A stretch of DNA of 64,000 bases, taken from NCBI GenBank assembly GCA_965248975.1, contig CBDFKU010000016.1, forward strand, positions 64,764 through 128,763. The letters run 5' to 3'. The translations under genes were made by a program, and so were the position numbers. Below, piece after piece: positions 1-9,576 of the stretch. The notes beneath the pieces were generated by a model. That model had not been told where the DNA came from, did not search any database, and saw only the letters and a program-made list of their open reading frames with translations. This stretch comes from Dehalococcoidia bacterium (GTDB taxonomy: Bacteria > Chloroflexota > Dehalococcoidia > Lucifugimonadales > JAGWBF01). Within the stretch, counting starts at the first letter, position 1. Each line of letters opens with the position of its first letter.

Positions 1-180
1 CTTCATGCCGGTGCTCTTTCTAGCATCGTACTCCTGGTCGGGGACAGAGGCAAGCTCCGATGGTCTCCACGACAAGTCCACTCCGGGAGAGCCGTGGACT
101 TTCCCGGGGAGCGGTGATATTCTATTCTGAAACAGAGGAACGTGTGCGGTTTCAAAGTAAAAAGAGCGCAAGGAGGAGTC

Positions 181-1617
181 ATGGCTGACAAAGACATCGC
201 TCTAATGGCCCATCTGATGCGTAGAGCCGGTTTCGGGGCAACTCGTGACGAGTTGGAACGCCGTGTGGCCAAGGGATACGAGGCAACCGTCGAGGAGTTG
301 CTCCGCCCCGAAGAAGGTCCGCCCCCAATGGACCATGAAGACATAATCCGGCGCTATCACGTTGACAATAACAGTACCTTCCTCCGATGGAACGCCCAGT
401 CCGGTTGGGTCTATCGCATGATCAACACCACCCGGCCCCTGGAAGAGAAGATCGCCCTGTTTTGGCATGGGATTTTTGCAACTAGCGAGTCGAAGCTGAT
501 GCAGCCCAACGCCATGGCAATCCAGGTCGACATGTTCCGCCGCCACGGGTTGGGCAGCTTCCGTAACCTGCTGGTGGAGCTTTCCAAAGATCCGGCGATG
601 ATCTTCTGGCTGGACAATAAGGACAACCACAAGGACGCCGTCAACGAAAACTTCGGGCGTGAGCTGCTGGAGCTGTTCTCCATGGGGGTGGGGAACTACA
701 CCGAAGATGACGTGAGGCAGGCCTCTCGCGCCTTCACCGGCTGGACGATGAAGGACTCCACCTACCACACGATGCGCGTCGAGCGGGACTCGGTTTGGCC
801 CTACGGGCAGATAGTGTGGCAGTTCCAGTTCAAGGACGAAGACCACGACTATGACGAAAAGACCTTCCTGGGCAACTCGGGAGCCTTCAACGGCGAAGAT
901 ATCGTGGACATCGTCGTGAATCATTCGGCCACGGCCCGGTTCATCGCCCGGCACATGTACAGCTTCTTCGTGGCGGACGAGGCGCAGGTGCCAGCCTGGA
1001 ACAAGGTGCCTCCACGGGACCCCCAGGCGATCCAGACGCTGGCCGACGCCTTCGTCGAGCATGGATACGATATCCGGTCGGTCCTGCGGGTGCTGTTCAA
1101 CTCTGACTTTTTCAAAGAGGCCGCCTTCGCCAAGGTCAAGAGTCCCGCCGAGTTGGTGATAGGGACCGTTCGCCTGGCGGGGAGCCACACCTTCCCAGAC
1201 TTCGACGACTACCTCTTGGCCGGCAAGATCGGCATCATGGGACAGGTACTGATGGACCCGCCCAGTGTCGAAGGATGGCACACCGGCTCAGAGTGGATCA
1301 CCACAGGAAGCCTGGTAGACCGGGTTAACTTCGCCTCCCAGCAGTTTGCAGACGCCGACAGCCGGGGAGTCCAGTCGTTGGTGGACAAGATCAAGTCTCG
1401 CGGCAATGAGATCTCTCCCGAGGGGCTAGTGGATGCCTGCCTGGACTGGATCGGACCCATGTCGGTTTCCGACGCCACGAAGAAAGAGATGGTCGAGCGC
1501 GCCGCGGAGGGCGGACCGATTCGATTCGCGACCGAGGACGAGACCCGCAGCTCTTCGCAAAAGGTAGTGGAGGTACTGCAGCTCATCGCCGGCACTCGCG
1601 AGTACCAGCTGGCCTGA
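181..1617 (+). CDS. DUF1800 domain-containing protein
   Basis: ORF track 142..1617. ATG 181 lies 4 nt after AAGGAGG (170-176). The N-terminal 'IALMAHLMRRAGFGATRDELERRV...VEELL' is the typical opening of the DUF1800 family (recalled signature, no search run). Confidence 0.75.
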   Translation: MADKDIALMAHLMRRAGFGATRDELERRVAKGYEATVEELLRPEEGPPPMDHEDIIRRYHVDNNSTFLRWNAQSGWVYRMINTTRPLEEKIALFWHGIFATSESKLMQPNAMAIQVDMFRRHGLGSFRNLLVELSKDPAMIFWLDNKDNHKDAVNENFGRELLELFSMGVGNYTEDDVRQASRAFTGWTMKDSTYHTMRVERDSVWPYGQIVWQFQFKDEDHDYDEKTFLGNSGAFNGEDIVDIVVNHSATARFIARHMYSFFVADEAQVPAWNKVPPRDPQAIQTLADAFVEHGYDIRSVLRVLFNSDFFKEAAFAKVKSPAELVIGTVRLAGSHTFPDFDDYLLAGKIGIMGQVLMDPPSVEGWHTGSEWITTGSLVDRVNFASQQFADADSRGVQSLVDKIKSRGNEISPEGLVDACLDWIGPMSVSDATKKEMVERAAEGGPIRFATEDETRSSSQKVVEVLQLIAGTREYQLA

Positions 1618-1675
1618 GCCCGCAAAACGGAAATGGATAACCAACCTCACCCCATGTTGGGGAAGGAGAGTGGAC

Positions 1676-2713
1676 ATGGCATCCAGGATCGATCTCCAGT
1701 ATAGCCACACGGTAGGAGTGCTGTCGGCCCAGGGCGGTAGAGGCTTCCTCAACCCCGTGGACATGATATTCGGCCAGGACGATACCATATACGTGCTGAG
1801 CCGTGGGTCCGACCTGGACATCCTGTTCTTCCCCCTGTCTCGTCGGATTACTATGTGCACCGCAGACGGCGAGTTCCGAGGACAGTTCAGCAGCGGAGGC
1901 AAGGGCGACGGCCAGATGAGGTGGCCCACCTCCATAGCCGCCGATTCGGACGGAAACATATACGTGTCCGACGAAGCGCTGCACCGCATATCCATATTCG
2001 ACAGCAAGGGAAACTTCCTGGACAAGTGGGGAGTCCACGGGCACGGAGACGGCCAGTTCGATCGGCCCGCCGGCATAGCCTTTGACCCGGAGGCTAATCT
2101 TCTGGTTGCGGATGGCCTCAACCACAGGGTCCAGAGGTACACTCGGGATGGGAAGTACCTCGGCGGCTGGGGTCGTCCCGGAACCGGCCCGGGCGAGTTC
2201 GACATGCCCTGGGGTGTCACGATAGACAGTGCCGGACAAGTGTATGTGGCCGATTGGCGCAATGACCGCATCCAGAAGTTCGATGCTGGCGGCGTTCATC
2301 TGACAACCCTGGGGAGACCGGGCCAGGGTGACGGGCAGATCAGCCGTCCGGCGGGCATGGCAGTGGACGATGCCGGCAACATCTACGTCGCCGACTGGGG
2401 AAACGAGCGAGTCCAGGTGTTCGACGCCGACGGCGGATTCCTGGCCAAGCTCCGGGGGGAGGCAGACCTGTCCAACTGGGCAGAGCAGTATTTCGTCTCC
2501 AACGAGGACGAGCTGGAGGAGCGACGCAAGGCCGACCTGGAACCGAAGCTGCCCGCCAATATCAGCTCCAGGGAGCAGTCTGCCCTTACGGAAAAGCTGT
2601 TCTGGGCCCCCAGCGCCGTGGCCCTGGACGAACAGGGACGCCTATTCGTGGTGGACACCTGCCGCCATCGCCTACAGATATACAACGGAGCTGCAGTCGG
2701 AGCGCCTGCCTAG
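1676..2713 (+). CDS. NHL repeat beta-propeller protein
   Basis: ORF 1670..2713. ATG 1676 follows GGAAGGAG (1661-1668). Internal NHL-type repeats are visible: 'GDGQMRWPTSIAADSDGNIYVSD', 'GDGQFDRPAGIAFDPEANLLVAD', 'GPGEFDMPWGVTIDSAGQVYVAD', 'GDGQISRPAGMAVDDAGNIYVAD'. Confidence 0.85.
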   Translation: MASRIDLQYSHTVGVLSAQGGRGFLNPVDMIFGQDDTIYVLSRGSDLDILFFPLSRRITMCTADGEFRGQFSSGGKGDGQMRWPTSIAADSDGNIYVSDEALHRISIFDSKGNFLDKWGVHGHGDGQFDRPAGIAFDPEANLLVADGLNHRVQRYTRDGKYLGGWGRPGTGPGEFDMPWGVTIDSAGQVYVADWRNDRIQKFDAGGVHLTTLGRPGQGDGQISRPAGMAVDDAGNIYVADWGNERVQVFDADGGFLAKLRGEADLSNWAEQYFVSNEDELEERRKADLEPKLPANISSREQSALTEKLFWAPSAVALDEQGRLFVVDTCRHRLQIYNGAAVGAPA

Positions 2714-2785
2714 ATACCGGCTTACAGAAGGGGCGACGTAAGCCTCGCAGGCACGAGGTTCAGCCGCGGCCCGCTAGTGCGTACC

Positions 2786-4258
2786 TTATCTGTGGCTGAG
2801 CCCACCGTCGACCCACGCTCGCCCGTCCTGGGCCAGCAGGTTGTCGGCGGCACCTACATTCCTCGAGCCAGGCTCATAGACGTGCAGGGGAGCCGAGTCC
2901 ACTTCCTCCCAAGCTCGCAGCAACGGGTCCACGATGTTCCAGGACTCCTCGATCTGGTCGCTGCGAATGAACAGCCTGGCGTCTCCCTCCAACGCGTCCT
3001 GGAGCAGCCGCTCATAGGCCTCTGGGATGGCCCGGTCACCGAAGGCAGAGCGATAGTGGAACTCCATGTCCACCGACTGGAACTTCATCCCCTGGTCGGG
3101 TACCTTGGACTCTACGGTGAGATGCACTCCCTCGTCGGGCTGGAGGCGTAGCGCCAGGACGTTGGCGTTCAGGTTCTCCGAGGGTCCCATGTCGAACATC
3201 AGGTGCGGCGGCTGTTGAAACTGGATGACGATCTCCGACACCTTCTCCGCCAGGGCCTTGCCAGTACGCAGATAGAAGGGGACTCCCCGCCAGCGCCAGT
3301 TGTCTACATACAGCCGGAGGGCGGCGTACGTCGGGGTGAGGGAGTCGGCGGGCACCCCGTTCTCGTCCCGGTAGCCGCTGTATTGGGCCCGCACGGCGTG
3401 ACCGATCTCTTCCCCGGGCTCCCATCTGCGGATAGCCTTGAGCACCTCCACCTTCTTGTCCCGAAGGGCCTCAGAGTCCATGGAGCTGGGAGGTTCCATG
3501 GCCACCATCGTGAGTAGCTGGAACAGGTGGTTCTGCACCATGTCCCGCACCACCCCCGACTGGTCGTAGTAGCCGGCCCGGCTGCCCACCGGCACCTCTT
3601 CCGCCACGGTGATCTGCACGTTGTCCACGTAGTTGCGGTTCCAGAGGGGCTCGAAGATCGTGTTGGAGAATCGGAAGACCAGGAGGTTCTGAACCGTCTC
3701 CTTGCCCAGGTAGTGGTCGATCCGGAAGACCTGATTCTCGCCGAATACCCCGTGTATCGCCTTGTTCAGCTCCTGTGCCGACGACAGGTCCCTTCCGAAG
3801 GGCTTCTCTATGACCACCCTGGACCAGCCGCTGTCTTCCCTCGCCAGCCCCGAGGCGCCCAGGTTCTCGACGGCCCGCTCGTAAAGGTTGGGGGCGATGG
3901 AAAGGTAGAAGAGCCTGTTGGCCGGTCTCTCGTATCCATCCATCTCCTGGAGTCTGTGCGCCAGTGATACCAACTGGTCGACCGACCCCACGTCTCCTCG
4001 CACATAGAACATGCACCTGGCGAAGGCGTCCCACTCATCTCGCCGGGCGGCCAGCTCGCCGAACTCCTGTGCTCCCTGCCACATCAGCTCCCGGAAGCTG
4101 TCGTCGGAGTGATCGGAGCGCGAGAAACCGACGATCTTCAGCCTTGACGGAAGTCGGCCCTTGCAGCCAAGGTTGAACAGCGCCGGTACAAGCTTCCTCC
4201 GAGTGAGGTCCCCCGTGGCGCCGGCGATTACGATGGTCGTCGATCCTTCCGCCATCAT
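2786..4258 (-). CDS. zwf: glucose-6-phosphate dehydrogenase
   Basis: 490-aa ORF with the dinucleotide-binding motif 'IAGATGDLTRRKL' and the Zwf active-site motifs 'EKPFG' and 'RIDHYLGKE'. AGGAG lies upstream of the ATG. Confidence 0.93.
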   Translation of the reverse strand: MMAEGSTTIVIAGATGDLTRRKLVPALFNLGCKGRLPSRLKIVGFSRSDHSDDSFRELMWQGAQEFGELAARRDEWDAFARCMFYVRGDVGSVDQLVSLAHRLQEMDGYERPANRLFYLSIAPNLYERAVENLGASGLAREDSGWSRVVIEKPFGRDLSSAQELNKAIHGVFGENQVFRIDHYLGKETVQNLLVFRFSNTIFEPLWNRNYVDNVQITVAEEVPVGSRAGYYDQSGVVRDMVQNHLFQLLTMVAMEPPSSMDSEALRDKKVEVLKAIRRWEPGEEIGHAVRAQYSGYRDENGVPADSLTPTYAALRLYVDNWRWRGVPFYLRTGKALAEKVSEIVIQFQQPPHLMFDMGPSENLNANVLALRLQPDEGVHLTVESKVPDQGMKFQSVDMEFHYRSAFGDRAIPEAYERLLQDALEGDARLFIRSDQIEESWNIVDPLLRAWEEVDSAPLHVYEPGSRNVGAADNLLAQDGRAWVDGGLSHR

Positions 4259-4439
4259 CCGATCTCCTACGACGTCCGTATTCTATATACTCTATTTATG
4301 ATACATCACAATGGGAGAAAATGGGTCTCCTGGCAAGGGGCACCAAAGCATGAACCTCTTCCGACCGTCTGGACATCCAAGACGGCATGCCTCGACCGCG
4401 CGGATGGAAGCGGTCTGGTAAGATTGCCGAGAAAAGCCA

Positions 4440-5786
4440 ATGGCAAAGAGCAGAGTCCTCCTCATATCCGTTATCGCCATCGCTCTGGCCGTGGCCGGGA
4501 TCGTCGTAGGCCTGGGCTTGGCCGGGGCCATCGGCTCCGGAGACTCACCTTCGGAGGCCCGGACACCTCAGACAGCGACGCCCACCATAGCTGAGGTGGC
4601 GGTCCAGCCCGACCCTAACTATAGGGAAGAGCTGGCGAAAGGTATTTTCTCCCCCTCGGGATGGAAGACCGACTTCAGCCTTCACACCGTGCCTTACGAG
4701 AACATCGTACAGGCCGCCGCCGCTCGGGACGGAGGTATCCCGGCCATCGACAATCCGGTATTCATCAGCCGCCAAGAGGCCGACGGATGGCTCTTCGCCC
4801 TTGAGCCGGTGATCGCCTTCGAGAGCAACGGCGAGGCCAGGGCCTACCCGATCGAGATCCTGATATTCCACGAGATCGTCAACGACGTGGTGGGTGGCAC
4901 GCCCGTTGCGGTAACCTATTGCCCCCTCTGCAACTCCGCAATCACCTTCGACAGGCGAGTGGATGGTGCCACCTTCGACTTCGGCGTATCGGGCAACCTG
5001 CTGAACAGCGACCTGATAATGTACGACCGCCAGACCCACTCGTGGTGGCAACAGCTCACCGGCGAAGGCATCGTGGGAGAAAACGCCGGCAAGAGGTTGA
5101 CGATCCTGCCGTCGTTTGTAGTGTCCTGGAGGGATTTCAAGGCGGTGTTTCCCGATGGGGAGGTTCTTTCCCAGGATACCGGATTCGCCCGCGCCTACGG
5201 ATTCACTCCCTACGAAGGTTACGATGACTCTACCTACGACCCGTTCCTGTTCTACGGGGAGCTCGACCCGAGGCTCCCTTCCAAGGAGCGGGTGGCGGCG
5301 GTGAGCGTAGGCGACGTCGACATAGCCTTTCCCTTTTCGAAGCTGCGGAATCAGAAAGTCGTAAACCACTCCGTCAACGGACAGGACATTGTGGTTTTCT
5401 TCAAGCCGCAGACGGTCTCGCCGTTGAACAGGACCTCCATAATCGACTCCCTTCCCAGGGGCGCCGCCGCGGTCTTCGATCCCAACCTGGACGGCGAGCG
5501 GCTGACCTTCAGCGCCGACGGCGAGGACCTCGTCGACGATCAGACGGGTAGCGTGTGGAACATCTTGGGACGGGCTATCGAAGGTCCGCTGGAGGGTAGC
5601 CGGCTGCCGCCGGCTACCACATCACCGACCCCGATCTCAGGAGCTTCGTGTACCAGACTTATAACACGTGGGCGGCAGACTTCTCCAAGGCGAGCCCCGG
5701 CCGACTTGCTGCTCTGGCTTGTATCCCCAATACGGACCCACAGCTGGCCGCCTCGGAACTGCGGCGGACCGCCAAGCTGGGCCTGA
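4440..5786 (+). CDS. DUF3179 domain protein with aberrant (read-through) C-terminus
   Basis: N-terminal TM anchor 'VLLISVIAIALAVAGIVVGLGLAG'. The core 'GIPAIDNPVFIS...ARAYPIEILIFHEIVNDVVGGTPVAVTYCPLCNSAITFDR...MYDRQTHSWWQQ' is the DUF3179 signature. After 'LEGSRLPP' (~5610) the expected aromatic C-terminal segment is absent. The frame then continues as a Pro/Arg/Ser/Trp-rich tail across the next gene fragment to the stop at 5786. Confidence 0.6.
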   Translation: MAKSRVLLISVIAIALAVAGIVVGLGLAGAIGSGDSPSEARTPQTATPTIAEVAVQPDPNYREELAKGIFSPSGWKTDFSLHTVPYENIVQAAAARDGGIPAIDNPVFISRQEADGWLFALEPVIAFESNGEARAYPIEILIFHEIVNDVVGGTPVAVTYCPLCNSAITFDRRVDGATFDFGVSGNLLNSDLIMYDRQTHSWWQQLTGEGIVGENAGKRLTILPSFVVSWRDFKAVFPDGEVLSQDTGFARAYGFTPYEGYDDSTYDPFLFYGELDPRLPSKERVAAVSVGDVDIAFPFSKLRNQKVVNHSVNGQDIVVFFKPQTVSPLNRTSIIDSLPRGAAAVFDPNLDGERLTFSADGEDLVDDQTGSVWNILGRAIEGPLEGSRLPPATTSPTPISGASCTRLITRGRQTSPRRAPADLLLWLVSPIRTHSWPPRNCGGPPSWA

Positions 5787-6403
5787 GAGGTGGCGAGTTG
5801 GCCGTGTCCACTGCGGCCGTACCGCTCTGGGACAGGGCCTGGGACGACTTGTGGGCCGCCTCCGACGAGTGCGGAATGTCCATCGCTTTCCACACCACCG
5901 GGCTCCAGGTGAAGCAGCACTCCGATCCGGAGCTCAACAAGGAGTATGAGTCGCCACGCATCGGCACCTTCGTCTGCACCTTCCAGATCGCCGGGTCCGA
6001 GTACCTGGCAGCCATCATCTTCTCGGGCGCCCCAGAGCGCTACCCTGGCATGAAGTTCGTTCTCGGAGAGTGCGGCGTCAGCTGGATCCCATACATGCTG
6101 GCGCGGATGGACGAAGAGTACGACGACCTGACACGGCTGCACATGCTAGTCCCCTCGAAACCCAGCGACTACTGGTACCGCCAGGGGTATACCACCTTCC
6201 AGCACGAGGCTACCCTCACCCCCGATATCGTCCGGCTGGTGGGAGAGGACAACATCATGTGGGGCTCGGACTATCCCCATCCCGACGGCATCTGGCCCGA
6301 CTCCCACGAGTTCATACAAAAGGACCTGGCGCTCCTCGATGCGCGGGCGGTGCGGAAGATCACCTGCGAGAACGCCGGGAAGTTATACGGGTTTATTAGC
6401 TAG
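5600..6403 (+). pseudogene. amidohydrolase-2 (ACMSD-like) family, N-terminally truncated fragment
   Basis: The frame opens only at 5600 (in-frame TAG 5597-5599). 'GYHITDPDLRSFVYQTYNTWAADF', 'CGMSIAFHTTG', 'VLGECGVSWIPYMLARMDEEY' and 'IMWGSDYPHPDG' match the middle and C-terminal parts of amidohydrolase-2 enzymes. The N-terminal segment that normally carries the H-x-H metal ligands is missing. The first possible start is GTG 5648. Confidence 0.55.
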
Positions 6404-6432
6404 GGACTGTCTTGTATATAGCTTTACATCGG

Positions 6433-6523
6433 CGAGGGTGTGGGGCATCCTTCTCCACCCTCGTCTGTCCGGCGCAAGCCGGAATCCAGAGAAGCGTTAG
6501 CTGGATCCCGGCTTGTGCCGGAT
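6433..6523. repeat. cluster of nested GC-rich hairpins (REP-like intergenic element)
   Basis: Three inverted repeats. CGAGGGTG (6433-6440) pairs with CACCCTCG (6456-6463). TCCGGC-GCAA-GCCGGA spans 6468-6483. ATCC(C)GGC-TTGT-GCCGGAT spans 6505-6523. An imperfect AATCCAG/CTGGATC pair bridges the last two. The cluster lies in the 176-bp gap between two + strand genes. Confidence 0.6.
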
Positions 6524-6579
6524 GACCGATTGAGTATCAAGCCATTTGCGAGACAGTAGACTAGCAGGTAGGCGATGAC

Positions 6580-7618
6580 ATGATTCACCAGGCATGGGCC
6601 TGGCGTGGCGGATCTGACTGGACGCTGGAGGAGGTCACCACCCCCGAGCCCGATCACGGCGAGGTGCTGATACGGGTCGGTGGCGTTGGGTTCTGCGGAT
6701 CGGAGAAGCCGCACGAGAAGGGGTCTGTGGAGAGCCTACCCCCGAGGAACTCCAGAGCCTCCCCTGGATCGGAGGCCACGGTCACGAGGTGGCCGGAGTG
6801 GTCGAGGAGGTGGGCGCCGGCGTCTCCACCAGTAAGTCCGGGGACCGGGTCGCCCTGCTCCACCTGAGGGGGTGCAGGGAGTGCCGGTTCTGTACATCCG
6901 GCTTCGAGAACAACTGCCCCAACGTGTCGTCCCGCCTTCATGGCTACGCCGACTACATCGTGGTGCCCGCGGACCTTGCCTACGAGGTTCCCGACGGGAT
7001 GCCCATGGAAGAAGCGACCATGGTGGAGCCGGCGGCCATCGGAGTGCACGTGATGGAGAGGATAGCCCGGGTGCGGCCGGGCGAGACCGTCATGGTCCAT
7101 GGAGTGGGCCAGATCGGCAGCTTCTGCGCCCAGGCGGCCAAGGCCTGCGGGGCGTCATCGCCGTGGACGACCGACAACTGGCCCAGCGGTCGGCGCGGGA
7201 CCTCGGGTTCGACGTGGTCATCGACCCCTCACGAGAGAATCTGGCCGACGCCGTCAAGAAAGCCACCGGTGGCAGAGGGCCCGAGGTCATCGCCGAGTGT
7301 TCCGGGCACTCCGATCGCTATCCCCAGTTCGTGGACATGCTGGCCAGCTGCGGACGAATCGTGATGGTGGGGAACCCCTTTACCGGTCAGGTCACGTTGG
7401 ACCTGCTGACGCTGCAGCGTAAGGAGGCCTCCCTGATTACCTCCAAGGCCTGCATAGGCGCGGACTACGACAGGGTCCTGGATATGGTGCGATGGGGCAA
7501 GGTCAAGCTGAACTGGATGGACGGCACCGCCATTACGACCTACTCCATGGACGAGTTCCCGAAAGCGCGCCAAGAGTGGATGGACCTGGAACGCGCCTTA
7601 TACGTAGTCAAGCCATAG
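6580..7618 (+). pseudogene. zinc-dependent alcohol dehydrogenase (MDR family), frameshifted
   Basis: One MDR protein is spread over three frames. 6580.. reads 'EVLIRVGGVGFCGSE'. 6780.. reads 'GHEVAGVVEEVGAGV...GCRECRFCTSGFENNC...VHGVGQIGSFCAQAAKACGA'. ~7153.. reads 'GVIAVDDRQLAQRSARDLGFDVVIDP...GRIVMVGNP...' to the stop at 7618. The shifts lie in ~6700-6780 and in the G-run at 7149-7152. Confidence 0.65.
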
Positions 7619-7640
7619 CCCCGAACGGGTCAGAGGCCGC

Positions 7641-9395
7641 CTAATAGCCCACGGCGTAAGCCTCGCCGCGGGGGTCCGCGCCTCCCTCCATCGCCCCGGT
7701 CGCTGGGTCCCTGATGATCATCCCGTACAACCCGGACCCTTCCCAGAAGTCGGGATACATCTCCGCCACGTGACCCCTTCGGCGCAGCTCACCGACCACG
7801 TCCGCGGCAATCCGTCCTTCGAGACGTACCGTTCCGGGATCGTAGAAGACGGGCAACCCTGAAGATGGAAAGCTGTAGCTGTAGAAACGCGCCGCCTCCA
7901 CCGCCTGCTGGGAGTCCATCCCGAACTCCACCACGTTGAGGAGCAGCTGCAGCATTCCCTGAGGGATGTGGTCGCCGCCGTGGCCACCGAAGGCCATCAC
8001 CGGCTGGCCGTTTCGGAGAACCAGGCCTGGCATCGGTGTGAGCCGGGGCCGCTTGCCTGGTGCGACAGAGGCAGGGTGCCCCTCCTCGACCTTGGACTGA
8101 TACCCCCGCATAGACATTATTAGGCCGGTACCGGGAATAACCGCGCCACCGTTGTTGTTCCCTTCGCTGGGGGTAGAAGAGAAGATGTTGCCCTTCCCGT
8201 CGATGACAGCGAAGTAGGAGGTGCCGCCGCTCTCGGCGTCGACGGGTCGGGCCAGGGCCTCGGCGGGGGAACGGACCGCTCCCTCCAGGGTCGCCATGCC
8301 GCCGCGGGGATCTCCCGGCGGAGGCATCGCCGGCCATGCGCGATCCGGGTCGATCAAAGACCGACGTTGGCCAAGGTAGGCTTCGGAGAGCATCTCCTCG
8401 ATGGGCACGTCGATGAAGGCGGGGTCCCCGACGTATTGCTCCCGGTCGGCGAAGGCCAGGTTCAGGGCCTGGGTGATGGTGTGGACGTAAGAGGACGAGT
8501 TGTGGCCCATCGCGCGCAGATCGTATCCTTCGAGCATCTTCAGAGCCTGAGGGAGAACGGGGCCCTGGCTCCACGGCCCGCACGTATACACCTGGTAGCC
8601 ACGGTAGTCGACGCTGATGGGAGGCTCCACCCGCACTCGATACTCGGCCAGGTCCTCGATGGCAAGGAATCCACCCTGGGATTGACATAACGATACAATG
8701 GCCTGGGCCATCTCTCCCTTGTACACGAAATCTCGGGCAACCTCCAGTGCAGCCTCCCGGCCCCTGCCCCGGTGAGCCTCCTCAATGGAGGCCAGATGTC
8801 GCAGGGTGATGGCCATATCTCGCAGGTAGAGCATCTCTCCGACCCGGGGTACGCGGCCCTGACGCAGATAGATCTCCGCAGTCGTAGGCCAGCGGCGATA
8901 GCCCTGGTGTTGGGTCTGCATCTTGTCCACCAGGTAGCGGTATGCCGGGAAGCCGCCCTCCGCCAGCTTGATGGCCGGGCCGACGACCTGGGAGAAGGTC
9001 ATGGTGCCGAACCGGGACAGCGCAGTGAACCATACATCTGCCGCGGCCGGCGTAAGCGCCGCCACCGCTTCCCACGGCACTCCTCCAGGATGATGCTCCA
9101 GGAAATACTCCAAGGAGGCCGCCTTGGGCCACACCCCCAGGCCGTCGATGGTGGTGACCTCCCCGCGGTCGGCCAGGTATATGATCGTCGGGGCCACTCC
9201 CAGGAATCCGCATTCGATGAAGTGGACCACGTTCAGGGCCAGCCCCACGGCCACGCCAGCGTCGATGGCGTTGCCTCCCTGGCGCAGGATTTCGAGGCCG
9301 GCCAGAGCGGCGGCCGGGTGGCTGGCCATCGCCACGCCGTTGTCTCCGCGGATCACCGGTCGATAGCTGGTCATGGTCGGGGGTGGTACCGCCAT
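7641..9395 (-). CDS. ggt: gamma-glutamyltransferase family protein
   Basis: 584-aa ORF with the autoprocessing nucleophile context 'ESGGTSYFAVIDGKGN' and GGT-like large/small subunit layout. GAGGAGGAAGCT lies directly upstream of the ATG. Confidence 0.85.
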   Translation of the reverse strand: MAVPPPTMTSYRPVIRGDNGVAMASHPAAALAGLEILRQGGNAIDAGVAVGLALNVVHFIECGFLGVAPTIIYLADRGEVTTIDGLGVWPKAASLEYFLEHHPGGVPWEAVAALTPAAADVWFTALSRFGTMTFSQVVGPAIKLAEGGFPAYRYLVDKMQTQHQGYRRWPTTAEIYLRQGRVPRVGEMLYLRDMAITLRHLASIEEAHRGRGREAALEVARDFVYKGEMAQAIVSLCQSQGGFLAIEDLAEYRVRVEPPISVDYRGYQVYTCGPWSQGPVLPQALKMLEGYDLRAMGHNSSSYVHTITQALNLAFADREQYVGDPAFIDVPIEEMLSEAYLGQRRSLIDPDRAWPAMPPPGDPRGGMATLEGAVRSPAEALARPVDAESGGTSYFAVIDGKGNIFSSTPSEGNNNGGAVIPGTGLIMSMRGYQSKVEEGHPASVAPGKRPRLTPMPGLVLRNGQPVMAFGGHGGDHIPQGMLQLLLNVVEFGMDSQQAVEAARFYSYSFPSSGLPVFYDPGTVRLEGRIAADVVGELRRRGHVAEMYPDFWEGSGLYGMIIRDPATGAMEGGADPRGEAYAVGY

Positions 9396-9576
9396 AGCTT
9401 CCTCCTCATGTGGCTCCAGGCTCTATCTCGGGCCGAGCACATTGCATTGTAGTGGTGGTCTGAGGGTCCGTCAATCAGCCGTCTCGGATATGACATGGCT
9501 CTTCCGATGTGCTAACATCGTCGGTGCGCAAAGACAGGTTATTTATGCTGAGGTGCCCTGGAGGACAGTGACAAAC

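Noticed and set aside
1-141. Possible start of a minus-strand gene at the left edge (CAT at 4-6), and the 113-aa ORF 3..344(-).
   Set aside because: Only two codons of any leftward gene would be inside the window, so nothing can be called. The 113-aa ORF is antisense to the DUF1800 gene and its leader, with shadow-frame composition.
202-1281. Long antisense or alternative-frame ORFs throughout the window. Examples: 202..1281(-), 8772..9452(+), 11664..12503(-), 31885..33084(-), 45756..46634(-), 52199..53482(+), 56064..56996(+), 57610..58707(+).
   Set aside because: Each lies entirely opposite or out of frame to a gene with clear family motifs. Their translations are Arg/Gly/Pro/His-rich with no recognisable motifs. 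This is the expected stop-codon-poor shadow-frame artefact of GC-rich DNA.
4259-4439. Promoter and operator calls in the AT-rich divergent zwf/DUF3179 spacer (TATACT at 4286-4291; TAGAAT on the minus strand).
   Set aside because: Several overlapping -10-like hexamers fit either strand and there are no convincing -35 partners. The strand and register cannot be decided from sequence alone.
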